Positions 11,807 to 24,230 of a stretch of 64,000 bases of DNA are shown piece after piece. The stretch is from Blepharisma stoltei ATCC 30299. Taxonomy: Eukaryota > Protista > Ciliophora. The notes under the pieces are model-generated. The model was not told where the DNA came from. It searched no databases and was given only the letters and a program-made list of their open reading frames with translations. The DNA is taken from positions 496,001 through 560,000 of the forward strand of contig CBFDEM010000036.1 in the NCBI GenBank assembly GCA_965603825.1, in the 5' to 3' direction. Position numbers and translations under genes: made by a program. The stretch's first letter is position 1. Each line of letters starts with the position of its first letter.

Positions 11807-12133
11807 ATGAGATACATGATTGCTCTCTCACTACTTATTCTTTCAATTATCAGCGCAGAAAGTGAATTAGACACATTTTTAGAAGATAATATTCAGAAAG
11901 ATGATAGCATTGATGCAATTATCAGTCAGCTCGAAATAGCGCAAGGATATTCTAATGGTAATTCAATATTTTTAACTGTTTTGAGTTCAGATGAAGATGA
12001 AGAAATCAAGACAGGAGACGAGTTAGGAATAAGAGCAGGAGGTGAGCCCCCTCTGAAAACAGGTGAAAAAGCTGGCAATACAATTGTAGCATCTACAAAG
12101 ATGAGATTTAAAATACCTGATATGAACGCATAA
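11807..12133 (+). CDS. Small acidic secreted protein
   Basis: Signal peptide MRYMIALSLLILSIISA; intact ORF. Confidence 0.7.
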   Translation: MRYMIALSLLILSIISAESELDTFLEDNIQKDDSIDAIISQLEIAQGYSNGNSIFLTVLSSDEDEEIKTGDELGIRAGGEPPLKTGEKAGNTIVASTKMRFKIPDMNA

Positions 12134-12161
12134 GTATATTAAAAATTATTTTTAAACTAAT

Positions 12162-12596
12162 CTATTCAAGTCGTTTACTTATTACTTGGCATATTTTTAT
12201 CATTTTTTCAATAGTGTTTTCATATTTACTCAATTGTTCTTCACTATTAATAAAAGTCTCTCTTGTTGTGGCGTATAGATTTCTCAAAATTACAATTTTT
12301 TCACTTATAGTTGCTTTCCCAACTGCTTTATCATACCTTATTCCAAAAAGTCCTTCCAATTCCCATAATTTTTGAGTGCATGCTTTATATTGATGCCCGA
12401 TTTGCTCGCCACACTGAGAGCAGTATATTAATTTTACAACACAATTATCTTCAGCCACTCTCTCACTTCCAACTATATGATTATTAAGCGTTGAGTAAAA
12501 TCACATTCCACTCCAATCTCCTATATAATCGCTTTCTTTCACTAGAATAAATTCGCATTCTTTACACTTCAAACAGTCTTGAGCGGGATTATTCAT
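12162..12596 (-). CDS. Yippee/Mis18-like zinc-binding protein
   Basis: ATG 12596, CKEC...W(TGA 12501)...YCSQCGEQIGHQY, C-terminal helix. Confidence 0.7.
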
Positions 12597-12678
12597 TTTA
12601 ATCGTATTTATTAATACTTACGAGAGAATTTATAGGACTTTCAGAGACCTGACTAATTTAAATGAACTTGAGTAATAA

Positions 12679-13434
12679 ATGGAAAATTACTATGATCTGC
12701 TTGGAGTAAAGCCAGACTGCACAGAAAAGCAGTTGAAAAAAGCTTACAAGTAAATCATAAATTAGAGAAAAAGCTTTAAAGCATCATCCAGATAAAACAC
12801 AATCAACGTCTTCTGATCTGTTTCAAGCCATCCAGAAAGCATATGAATTTTTGAAAAATCCTGAAAATAGAAATACTTATAATGCTGCTTTAATAGCAAA
12901 TGAAGAAAGAGAAAAAAGATTATCATCAGCTTCTAGTAGAGTAAAAAAATTCAGAGAAGAACTGCTAAAGAAAGAAAAAGAAGCCAAAGATTCACTCTTA
13001 AATAAAAATTATAATATTCCTGCAAAAAGATATGCAAATGAAGAAAAGCCAGAAGAATATCCTTCATCTACAGATTTTCTCGGTAGCTATATTATAAAAG
13101 CTAAATGAGATGAAAGTCGAGGATACACCGAATCAATACTGAGATCAATTTTTGAGGAGTATGGCCCTATAGCAAAAATCGACATGAAAAAATCTAAGGC
13201 AATTATTCATTTCTGCAGTGAAGGATCATCTGTAATTGATAATTAGTTTAGCAAAGAGCTATTTCTACTCCTCCTAATGAATTTCAAGTTTCAAGATTAA
13301 AGCAGCATAAGATATGAAATCTAACAAAAAAGCAAAAAATAGATGAAGAAATAAAGGTTGGCTTCGAAAGCAAAAGCGATTTAGTTGCTAAAAGGATGAA
13401 AATTTTGCAGGAAAAACTAAAGTCTCGCCATTAA
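12679..13434 (+). CDS. DNAJC17: DNAJC17/Cwc23-like J-domain + RRM spliceosomal co-chaperone
   Basis: NYYDLLGV...HHPDK after removing a 16-nt intron 12750-12765; KAKW(TGA); RRM-like IFEEYGPI; second intron 13232-13251 (or 13246). Confidence 0.8.
13232..13251 (+). other. Spliceosomal intron with two acceptors (15 or 20 nt)
   Basis: gtaattgataattagtttag; only the 20-nt form gives the long C-terminal frame. Confidence 0.65.
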
Positions 13435-13501
13435 TTTAACCTTTTTGAACGGATTAAATCAAAAATCTATGAAATTAAGGTTCTTTATATTTTAATAAAA
13501 A

Positions 13502-14608
13502 ATGATGAATATATCAAGCTGGCTACTAGATGGAGCTAAAGAAGTGGGTAGATCAGCAATAAGTCAAATGTATGATTTAGGCTCAAGTCTAACATCGTCT
13601 ATAGCCGGCTCAGCAGGGAAAGTAATATACTCGATCAAAGACATGATTTGGGATCGTGGCCTTTGTTACATGTGCAAAAGTAGCCAAATAATTGATATAC
13701 CTTGCAAACATTGTCTTTGTCGATTTTGCCTAGTAAGATACATCTCAATCATGACAGAAAATCAAGATTGCGATTTTGTCCCTTGCTTTATATGCAAATT
13801 TCCGATTTCAGTAAATATTGATGAAATAAATGCAAATGAAGAATGTAAAGATCCTGAGGAGGATAAGTCTTATAATATAGACTCATCAGAAAATAGCAAT
13901 TGCATAGATGCGAAATCAGAAGAAGTTCGATGTCAAAATCGTTCATCTTCAATCTCAAGACCACCTCCAATGTTTCTCTGTGAAATTGATGGAGAGCAGC
14001 ATAGTATGGATGATGCTTTCACCTTAGAATGTGACCACAGATTCTGCAGGTCTTGCATTGAGCAATATATAACTATTAAAATCGATTCTAATGAGCTCAG
14101 GGAAGATCAATTAGCATGCCCATTGTGCAATAACCCAATCACTGTAAACGAAGTATTTGGAGCAGTCCCATACAATAAATACATGCTTTATATAAATATC
14201 AAAGATCGAACAGCCATTGTTGATGGCCATCCTGTGAAGCAATGCCCATATTGCGAGATATTGATATCTATCCCAGCAAATTTAAAAAAAATTGTTTGCC
14301 CGAATCCACATTGCAAAAAAACATATTGCCCTCAATGCAACAAGAATTATCATCCTGGTAAAAGCTGCCAAGAAATGAATAAAGTCGAAGAGGAAATTCC
14401 AGGCATCGCGAAATGCCCAAAGTGTGGGGAAGGGTATTTCAAAGACGATGGCTGCAATTTTATGACTTGCAGACGAACGTGCCAAAACTTTACTTGCTTC
14501 TGCTTTTTATGTGGAAAGAAGCTAAGTAGAAGTCAGCATTATTCCCACTTTCAGAAAGGGGGACCCTTTGGGCAGTCGTGCAATACTCTTGATGGTATAA
14601 AAGAATAG
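13502..14608 (+). CDS. RBR (RING-IBR-RING) E3 ubiquitin ligase with an extra N-terminal RING
   Basis: CYMC...CKHCLCRFC; CEID...CDHRFCRSC...CPLC; IBR; CPKC...DGCNFMTC. Confidence 0.93.
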   Translation: MMNISSWLLDGAKEVGRSAISQMYDLGSSLTSSIAGSAGKVIYSIKDMIWDRGLCYMCKSSQIIDIPCKHCLCRFCLVRYISIMTENQDCDFVPCFICKFPISVNIDEINANEECKDPEEDKSYNIDSSENSNCIDAKSEEVRCQNRSSSISRPPPMFLCEIDGEQHSMDDAFTLECDHRFCRSCIEQYITIKIDSNELREDQLACPLCNNPITVNEVFGAVPYNKYMLYINIKDRTAIVDGHPVKQCPYCEILISIPANLKKIVCPNPHCKKTYCPQCNKNYHPGKSCQEMNKVEEEIPGIAKCPKCGEGYFKDDGCNFMTCRRTCQNFTCFCFLCGKKLSRSQHYSHFQKGGPFGQSCNTLDGIKE

Positions 14609-14649
14609 CACTGATTTAATTTATATAAAGCGATTTACATATTAAATGA

Positions 14650-15864
14650 TTAATTCTTGCTGACAATCCTGTTTAAGTAATCAACTAGATCTTTACTGAA
14701 CTGCACTTTTTCTTTCATTTCATCTTGGAGCCTTGATTCTCTTTTTAGGATTTTTTTGCAATCTATTTATTCATTACTCTTAATTGCTTCTTCTAAATCA
14801 GAAATTCTCTTTAATAATTTGCTCCTGGGGAATGCAATAGCTTCTCTTATATTTTCAATTACCATGGGCAGCCCTTCAGTCATCATAGCATCTTCATAAA
14901 TTGATGGAGAATATCTTGCGATTTTATCATCATCTAAAGGACTCAAAAAATGAGGATTTTTTTCATGGTACTGAGTCATCGAAAATAATTCATTATGCAA
15001 ATTCCCTGTATTTGTGAATTCAAGCCTTGAAGATGAGTTTTCTTCATCATTGAAAGTTATTTCATAATTACCTATTTCTAAATTGATTTTTAGCATTGAG
15101 TTTTGAATTAGAGATTCTTCTGATGAGTTTTCTAGAGAATTCGTATCTGGAGTAAGAAGGTGCTGCTTAAGAAAAATATCAGGTGTTATGTCTTCTTCCT
15201 CATCGGGCTCAATTTTAAACTCAGCTATTGCGATTTTTTGGATATGAGGACTGAGAAGTTGGAGTCATGGAAGTTCAATTGTTCCAGATGAGTTTAGTGG
15301 CTCTGGCTTCTTATCAAGGAATAATTGTTTTTTTGGTTGCTGCTGTTGAGGAGATTTTGGAGGAGTAAAAATCTCTTCACTCTCTATTTGAATACTTGAA
15401 AACTGGCTGTTTTGATATATCAGCCCTTTATTTTTTCGTCACGTTCTTTGAATAACAGTTGCAGCCCAGTTTTTTTCAAGTTCTTTTTGTTTTTCCAAGA
15501 ATTTCTTTTCCTTGATTTGCTCTTCGAGCTCATAATTTTCCATGATAATTAATTCCTCTTCCATCATTTTCAATTCCTTAGCCCTTGATTTTTCAGTTTC
15601 TTCTCAGTATTTCTCATACAGCTTATCTTTATAAATTTTTCTATCTCTGAATCCTCTATATAAGCTTTGAATTTTTATAGCACTCCGAGTGTAGATGTCC
15701 TTTTTCTTCTTTTTCTGATTAAAAACTTCGTCTGCTAAATAAGAATTGTACTTTTGAAGAATCATATAGGTTCTTCTCATTCTTTCTGTGTATTTCTGTT
15801 GGATTCGTCCTTGAGCAGCAGATGCAGTATCGATTGATTTGCGGGTTAATGACAGAATATCCAT
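14650..15864 (-). CDS. IQ-motif (calmodulin-binding) protein
   Basis: AIKIQSLYRGFRDR and AATVIQRTW(TGA 15439)R; TGA 15604; 15-nt intron 14763-14777; TAA 14650. Confidence 0.75.
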
Positions 15865-16578
15865 TTTATTTAGAAGAAATAATTTGAGAATAGGTTTCGA
15901 ATAGCAAGGTTATTTTTGATGAATCAGCAAAATAAATTCTTTAACTTGATTTGTTATAATTTCTTAACATAAATATATATCAATTGCTTATGTTTATATA
16001 TTTTTGAGCAACTTCGATTATATATAATAAGCTAAAATCACTAAAGAGATGTTTAGATAGTTTTATCAAAGAGTATTTTGTATTTTATTTAAGAAATAGT
16101 TTTAATAGAGTCTCTAAACAAAATATTTTTTAACTTTATAAAGTTACGAAGAGAAAGAAAGATATTGTGCCATTTTTTGGCAGTTATCCATAGAAGTAAG
16201 ACAATTAAAGAGAATTCTTTATTTTTTTAGGATGCAAGGAAGAAATATTACATCCTTTACTTAAATATATATTATTGCCATAGTCTGGCAAATTTATTTC
16301 TTGAGCTGATATATTAAACTAATCTTTATGTTGAATATAAAATGAGCTGGAGTAATATTAAAGCCAAAAACTATTTAATAAATAGCCAACTATTATTTCT
16401 TAGGCTCTAAATTTATTCCCAATCAATTGCGAATTATAAAATAAGCAATACCAATCATTTTTCTATAAATTATGAAAAATATACACAAAACTTACAAAGT
16501 AGCATTTGCATGATCTGCTCAAAGAGCAATTAAAAATAATAGAAATTGGCCATCTAGTTAGATTTTTAAATCTTTAAC

Positions 16579-17085
16579 TTATGGGAATGCTTTCTTGGTC
16601 ATGATGTTGTAGAAATCCTCAAACGAGACTTGTCCATCTCCGTCTGAGTCAGCTCTCTCAATCATTTCTAAGAGTTCTTCGTCGGTCATAGTTTCTCCAA
16701 GTTCCTTGGCAACTCTTCTAAGATTTTTGATTGAGATAGTTCCTGTCTTGTCATCGTCAAAGAGTCTGAAGACCTTTTGGATGTCCTCTCTAGTATCTTT
16801 GTCGCTCATTCTGGCAGTCATCATGTCCAAGAATTCGTCGAAGTCGATAGCACCAGAACCATCTTTATCAAGGTCACTGACCATTTGATAAATGGTTTGG
16901 TTTTTAGCTTCGAAACCTAATGATTGCATGGCAGAGGTGAGCTCTCTTGGGTCAATTGTTCCTGAACCATCAGTGTCAAAAAGATCGAAGGCTTCTTTAA
17001 TTTCTTCGATTTCGTCTTCAGTTAGCCCTGGACGTTCGTATTGCTTAGGGTTAAAAGCCTTTGCTCCTGCTTGTCTGCCTGCCAT
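16579..17085 (-). CDS. Centrin (ciliate infraciliary-lattice type)
   Basis: Four EF hands; [30 protein letters not shown]. Confidence 0.97.
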   Translation of the reverse strand: MAGRQAGAKAFNPKQYERPGLTEDEIEEIKEAFDLFDTDGSGTIDPRELTSAMQSLGFEAKNQTIYQMVSDLDKDGSGAIDFDEFLDMMTARMSDKDTREDIQKVFRLFDDDKTGTISIKNLRRVAKELGETMTDEELLEMIERADSDGDGQVSFEDFYNIMTKKAFP

Positions 17086-17229
17086 TATTTATTTATTATG
17101 CGTTAAATTTTAATCGAAAGGTTCCGCTAAAAATCAGACCAGTAAATACCTATATCGCGGATTATATAATTATTTTTTAAAGAAAATATTAAATTTGATA
17201 AACTCGATGCTGATTTTCTTTGCTTTATG

Positions 17230-18159
17230 CTACTTAATATTTTTATCAACCTTTTCTTTTCTCCACAGTATTATTTCTTGTTGCTTTATAAACGATCTTC
17301 CTTCCTCATCCTCCAAGATTACATTAATATAATATCTTACCGAAACCTTATTTAAGAGGTTTGTGTATGTAGGAGACAGCTCATAAGGCTTCAGATATAC
17401 CCGAATAGGGACACTATCACCTTTTGTAATCATTCCATCAAGTACTTCAAAAGTTCCTAATAAATGGTTTTCTGAGTACGAGCCTTCTACAGTTTGAATC
17501 GTTTCCTTCTTTACTATAGTTGCAATGATTTGCTTAAGCCTGACCCTAATTAAGTGTATATAAAGTTTTCCGATAATTGCTTCCCTCAAGTGAAATTTAT
17601 ACTTATTAAATTCAAGCATAACATGTACAGCATCTTCAAATCCAGCTTCAATTTTCATACTACTGTTTATTTCTGGCTCTAGTGCGTTATTTTGTATGCA
17701 TATTTCGATTTCAGCTGAAATATCACTTGATAGAACTCTTGCAATTGTTGCTCTGATGATGTATTTTATATTTCATTGAGATCCATGATATGTTTCATAA
17801 GGTTTATCTATACCTGAAAAACGGAACTGCATTGACTTGTCTTCTATAAGCGTCCCTGCAGATTCAATAATTTGGCGACTTGTGATAAATTCTTCATTTA
17901 TGCTTTCTGTTGAAGTTTCTGCATGTTTTTTACCTAAAATCCCTAATAGTTCAAGCTTGATTCCTTGGTGCTCAATTTTGCGACCTGGCTTTAACCTAAC
18001 CATCACTAATCCTGAAATGTTTTCGTCTCTCTATGTCATCATTACTCTGTAAACTAATAATTGAACTCCGTTAATCTTGGCAATATTCCTTTGCTGTTTC
18101 CCTTCTAAGAGGATATCAATCTCTGCTGATGGTCCGAAAATCTATATGAAATTTACCAT
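17230..18159 (-). CDS. VPS26: VPS26 retromer subunit, divergent paralogue
   Basis: KIEHQGIKLEL, FIKQQEIILWRK; introns 18142-18156, 18031-18045, 17919-17933; TGA 17773. Confidence 0.9.
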
Positions 18160-18253
18160 TTGATAAGGAACGATATAGGTGTTTTTAAATTACAATATTA
18201 ATTAAAATTAAGGCAATTAATTTATTAATCTCTGTAAAGCGTTACAATCAAAT

Positions 18254-18820
18254 ATGATTAATCCAGACATTCTTGATGCTAAACTTAATTTAAGACTGCC
18301 TTCAAGAGAAATCATCAATGATGCAATTAAAAACAGCAAGAAAAATGCAAATCCAGATGGAAGTTGAGTACCTCAAATCTATTTTAACAAGCAAGCTTTG
18401 ACCAAAATAGGAAAAATTCAAGCAAAAACTGAAAAAATCAAAGTCAGGAAAATTTATCAACCCAATAGACCTAGAAGAGCATATATTTCAGACAATTTAT
18501 TAAATTTATCTGCTGTTGGAAAAAACATTTCTTTACTTCACACTCCTAAATTTCTATCTGGAGATTTCACATATAAGCCAGAAAAGGACTATGAAAGCGA
18601 CTTCAAAACTAGCGGACTAAAAACTTCATCTGCAATTGGCACACCGAAGTTTTCTCCCATACATAGTAGAAAGGGGTCAATATCCCCTAGAGGAGAGCTT
18701 TATGAAAAATTAAACAAAATGTTGACGACTACTAATTCCAGATTTGATAGAAACACATTTGATACTTCTATTAAAACACCAAAACATAGAATTAAAACAA
18801 GTAAAAATCGCAAGAAATAA
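18254..18820 (+). CDS. Hypothetical basic protein
   Basis: ATG 18254, TGA 18365, TAA 18818-18820. Confidence 0.65.
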
Positions 18821-19051
18821 TATTAATTACTGTTCCCTGCTGATAAACCAATTAATATGGATTTAATTGATTTCATAGATACTTCACTTAATATAAAGTA
18901 ATTTTTACTAAATAAAAGAATCCCTTGGCCAAATATTGGATGGCAGTCATATTTATTCATCAGCTTAGAAATCCGAATAATTGTAAAACAATAATTGCTC
19001 AAATGAGAACAGAAATAAGTTTAGAAGCCATTAACATTCATAAATTGTAAA

Positions 19052-20644
19052 ATGGGAGATGAAGTGACTACAAGCAATGGCATCATGTTCCTCCTATTAC
19101 TACTTATCTCAAGCTTAGTCGGCGGCAATTATCTTCGTTCAAGGCCTTCTTGCTGAGTCCAGCCATCTGGATTAGCGACCTTTTTAGGAATTGTTTTTGG
19201 AGCATTTTTCATAATGATCGGCGAATTCTCCTCATTTAAGCCTGTAACTCAGCTGAATGCAGATTTTTTGTTTTTATTTTTACTGCCGCCAATTATTTTT
19301 GAAAGCGGGTACAACATGGAAACTCATGCATTCTTCAAACAATTTGGAAGCTCTCTTGCTTTTGCTTTTCTAGGGACTTTTATATCTGCGATTATAATAG
19401 GAACGATTGTCTTTGTGCTTGGAGTCATTGGAGCAACTTATTCGTTGAGTTTAGCAGAAAGCTTCATTTTTGGAAGCTTGATATCCTCAACTGATACTGT
19501 AAGTGTGCTAGCAATTATGAAGGATTTAGGAATGGATGCATCTATATATAATGTGATATTTGGAGAAAGCATATTTAACGATGCAGTCACTATTGTTTTG
19601 TATCAGACTATTCTGAGAGTTAATAAGTCAGATATGAGCTGAAAAATATTTTTTGAAGCAGTTGGGCAATTTTTCTTAATATTTATCGGATCATTTTTAA
19701 TTGGAAGTATAGTCGCTATGCTGGTGTCTTATATTTTAAGAAGAATTAATAACAAAAATCGAATTAACTTGGAGGCAAGTGCTGTCATATTTGGCCCCTG
19801 GATAGCATACTTATTATCAGAAGCTCTCAACTTATCTGGAATTGTCAGCATCCTGTTTTGTGGCATCATAATGGCGAGATATACGCAGCCAAATTTATCA
19901 GAAATAACCCGAGCTGTAGTAGGGAGAGCATATTCTGCTGTAAGTGAAGCTTTTGAAACCTTAGTCTTTATTTTCATTGGAATGGGATTGTTCAGCTTTA
20001 AAATTCCATATGAATCTTTGGATCCCGCACTCTGCATAATCATAATCATTCTTATACCTGCTTCAAGAGGTGCTCAAATAATGGCATGCTCGAAATTAAT
20101 CAACCCTTGAAGAACACACCCAATCGGTTCGAATGAGCAAGTCGTTATGTGGTTTTCAGGACTCAGGGGTGGGATTGCCTTTGCTTTAGCAATCCAAACC
20201 CTTGATGAATTCATCAATGGCGATATCATCTTAACACTCACTTTGATATATAGTCTCTTATCTGTACTTATTATTTAGATATTGATTGGAGGAACTTTAA
20301 TAAAGCCTCTAATTAAAAGGACTGGCTTAGACTCTGCAAGATCCCCATTTGATAAAGATAGCGAGTCTCAGACCGGAAAAATAACATGTTGCAACTCTGG
20401 AAAACAAATGCTACTTTATCTTGACGAAAAGTATTTATACCCATTTTTAGTCAGAGAAAAAGATCAGTCTGGGTATATGAGTCCTCATTTCACTAGTCCA
20501 AGAGGTTCTGACATTTCAGGGATCCAATTACCAAAATTGGTGCCAAACGGAGTAAATGGAACGCGCGATTTGGAAGCTCAAGCAATTGATACAATGATGG
20601 CATGCAAAGGAGAGGACAGCTGCATTGGCTTACAACAAATATAA
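19052..20644 (+). CDS. Na+/H+ exchanger (CPA1/SLC9, NHE8/NHX-like)
   Basis: LLPPIIFESGY, FGESIFNDAV, SGLRGGIAFAL; TGA at 19154, 19640, 20108; intron 20264-20278. Confidence 0.95.
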
Positions 20645-20736
20645 AAGTTTATAAATTTGTTTCATCATACAATCATAATTATATATACAGCATTTATTTT
20701 AAATAAAAGTCTTCGCAAAATTTGTTTGATCTTGAA

Positions 20737-21282
20737 TTAAGATTTATAATCTGGCGATAATGAGTGATATTGAGGAAAGGGAACATGCACTCTTAGCTTC
20801 AATTTTGACTTAGGCATCTGGCATATTGATTTCGGAGAAAGTATTGGACTGAGATTATCAGGAAGAATCATGCTTTTGGAAGTGTTTTCAATACTTTCTA
20901 CAATCATTGGTGCATCTCTTCGCTTTCTTGCGTTTATGCTGTAGCTTCTATTAAAAAATGATGATGCCTGCTCAGGGTTTTTGCGTCTTAGAGTAAGATT
21001 ACGGACTGCTTGCGAATTGAAAATTGGATGATGCAATTTTATAGGTCCCGATCTAGGCACTGAGTTTAAATCAAGACTTATCGTTTTTGACGTAAGAATT
21101 CTTTGGTTTGTTCCTAAGCCTGAGAATCTGCTGGTTTCTCTAGGATATTCCATTGCTGGACTGACCTTAAGAAGCGTTATTATATTAGATCGGAGCCTTC
21201 TTGAATTTTTTATTAGTTCATATGATTCGTATCTAATAGTTTTTGAATATTCTTTGCTGTTTGTTGAAGGGAGCTCGTTCAT
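20737..21282 (-). CDS. Hypothetical protein
   Basis: Intact 181-aa ORF. Confidence 0.65.
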   Translation of the reverse strand: MNELPSTNSKEYSKTIRYESYELIKNSRRLRSNIITLLKVSPAMEYPRETSRFSGLGTNQRILTSKTISLDLNSVPRSGPIKLHHPIFNSQAVRNLTLRRKNPEQASSFFNRSYSINARKRRDAPMIVESIENTSKSMILPDNLSPILSPKSICQMPKSKLKLRVHVPFPQYHSLSPDYKS

Positions 21283-21535
21283 TTGCTAAAAATAATTTAA
21301 GGCAACTGCAAATTATTTTTACATTATATAAATATGCAAAGAAATTAAATATTTAAGATGAAAGATTTAAAAGAGGTAATTTATAATAGCTTCTTTATCA
21401 TTTAAGTATATAATTCTTTCTAACAGAAATACGCATACTAATTTTTTTAAATTTTAGTTTCCATGCTCTTGAATCAAAATTATTATAATTTCTCGAGATA
21501 AATGATAAATGATTATTGAAATCTGAAGTGATTAT

Positions 21536-22159
21536 TTAATCTGATTTTTTCTTTTTCTTTCTGCCAGAGCTGTGATCGCTCTCTGTGTCACTTTTATCGC
21601 TCCCAGATGATTCTGATTCGTTTTTGCTTTTGCGGCTTTTCTTCGATTTTTTATCAGATTTAGACTTCTTTTTGTCCTTTTTCTTATCTCTCTTTCTTTT
21701 GTGTTTTTTCTCACCATCGCTTTCGCTTGATGCACCGGATTCTTCACTATCAGAATGTTTATTTTTTGATGGAGTTGCAATGGAAGCTGGTTCACTCTTC
21801 GAATTTTCTTTTTTCTCCTCTTCTGCTCTTGACTTCCACACCTCTTGCTCATCTTTGGACAGATTCTTTCATTCAGCGCTTATGAGCTTGGAAGTACCAC
21901 CCATTTCAACTGACTAAATTTTACATGTGAAATCTGGCTTGGCTTTTAGATCTGCTAGTCTATGATTATAATAGAGCTGGTATCCACTTTTATGATGAGT
22001 TGACTTACTTGCAGTCTTTACCTTGCACTTCCTCAGAATTTCTTTGCTCGATTCAGGATTGGAAATAATTTGCGAGGCGCTTTCACAAAAATAAGAAGCT
22101 AATGTAAAGAGATCAGCTAACTAAGTAGAAATTACTGTGTTCGCACCAATTTCCTCCAT
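21536..22159 (-). CDS. HMG-box protein with Lys/Ser/acidic tail
   Basis: SGYQLY...SKLISAEW(TGA 21869)KNLSKDEQEVWKSRA; introns 22121-22135 and 21910-21924. Confidence 0.88.
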
Positions 22160-22637
22160 TAAATAAAAATATGAGTCAATAATAAAAATTAATTAGAGTT
22201 ACTCATATGGCTGGTTATTTCATGATGAATTTTTGAGAAATAGGATAATTGGAATAAATAAAGAAAATAATTAATAATATAATTGGAGTGAAATGATGAG
22301 CAACTCGGGGAATATGCCCTATAATAGCAAATCCATTTACGCTAGAAATAAAAAACTCTGTTTATTAATATGATAATTAATAGAATAGCAACTTTTTTAG
22401 ATGAAATTTAAGTATTCCTATATGTATTAAATTGCCTGAATGAAAAATTTACTTTTTATAAAAAATAGGCTTTACTAGGACATACTAGCATTTTGTTTGT
22501 AAAATGTAAATCCATGCTTTAAATGGTCAGCTTAAAAAACTTATGTTTTATAAGAATTAGTAGATTTTAAGGAAAAAATAAGAGCAATCAATATCATTTT
22601 AATTTTCATGTTAAAATAATCTATATAATTTTACTAT

Positions 22638-24047
22638 ATGCAACCTAAATTGTATAGCACACGATCAACCCCCAGAATTTTGACTGGAAACACAAAATCA
22701 CCGAAATATTTTTCGTCTGTTATTTCTTCAGAAATAAAACAGTCTTCTCCAAAGCTCTCTTATGGCTTTCCCGCAGATATTTCTCCGAGTAATATTGCGG
22801 ATTCCTCCAAAGACTCCTTGCTGAAAAAAACGACACCTCGCACACCTAAAACATACTCAAACCCATTTTCCCTTACTTCTCAAACTCCAAAATCCTCAAA
22901 ATCTATCAGAAATCCAATTGCAACTGTAGCTACCCCACGAAATATCACGACTAAGTCTTTAACACCTCGTGGCTCTTCCTTAAACCCTAAAAGCTCTGAA
23001 ACTCAGCCCAAACAGACTATAGTTAGCCCTTCTTCTACAAAAAGTTTATTCCAAAAAAATTCGAAATCTTTAAGCTCAACTGATCCGAGGAAAAAAAGTT
23101 CACAACAAATATCAGCAAATCTATATCAGTCTGATTCTGCTGATCCGCATCTTGGAAGCCCAAAAACTGCAGAAACTAAAAACCCTCTAGCTCAAATGAT
23201 AACTCAAGTTAAAACTTCAGAAAACCCTAAAAATAGTTATGAGTTATCTCCTGAGGAAATTCAACAAAAAGCGGAATCCATATATAAAGAGCATTTATTT
23301 CAGACATTTCAAGCTCTGAAATTTGTGAGAAACTTACAACCTGTAGATCAAAACCAATTGCAGCTGAAAAGAATTAACCTGCCTAAAAAGGCTGCATTTT
23401 TGAACAAAAAGACAATAATTTTTGATTTAGATGAAACTTTGGTGCATTGTTGTGAAGATTTAGCGACATCAAACCCAGATGTAATACTTCCTATTATTTT
23501 TCCTAACGGTGAAACTATTAATGTAATGAGTATATAGGCTGGAATCAATATACGCCCTTATGCTAAAGAAATCCTTGTAGAAGCTAATAAAAACTTTGAA
23601 GTCATAGTATTTACTGCAAGCCATCAATGCTACGCAGATGTGGTTTTGGATTATTTGGATCCAACTCATGAATTAATTCATCATAGATTATACAGAGATA
23701 ATTGCATTTTTTCGCAAGGGATCTATATTAAAGATCTAAGAGTTTTGGCTAATCGGAGGATGCAAGATATAATCATCGTTGATAACGCAGCTTATAGCTT
23801 TGGGTATCAAATAGATAATGGGATTCCTATTATTTCATGGCACGATGACCGATATGATAAAGAGCTTCTTAATCTTTCAGATTATATCAAGGTCTTGGCA
23901 AAAGTGCCAGATATTCGTGAATTAAATCGAAAAACCTTTAGACTTAATACATTTTATGAAGATTACATTGAGCAGTTTTTACAGCTAGACGAGGGAAAGC
24001 CTAAAGCTTCGTCAAGAAAAATTAAAGGAAAACCAAAGCAAAACTAG
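22638..24047 (+). CDS. CTD small phosphatase-like (FCP1/SCP HAD family)
   Basis: FDLDETLVH, IRPY, VFTAS, YIKDL; intron 23523-23537. Confidence 0.94.
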
Positions 24048-24230
24048 TTGACTAAGTGCTTTACTATACTCTGTAAGTTTAGTAATATTCTAATTCAGTT
24101 ATCAAATTTCCTGCTCGATAATATTTAATAGTAAGAAATATAAACTATTTGCGGTCTAATTGCATTTCTATCAGTGAATATATTTATTATTTCAAAAATT
24201 ATCAAAAATCAACTGTAATGTAAATTAATT

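Noticed and set aside
20120-20135. GGTTCGAAT tRNA T-loop-like string (similar one near 29030)
   Set aside because: Inside protein-coding frames with no cloverleaf
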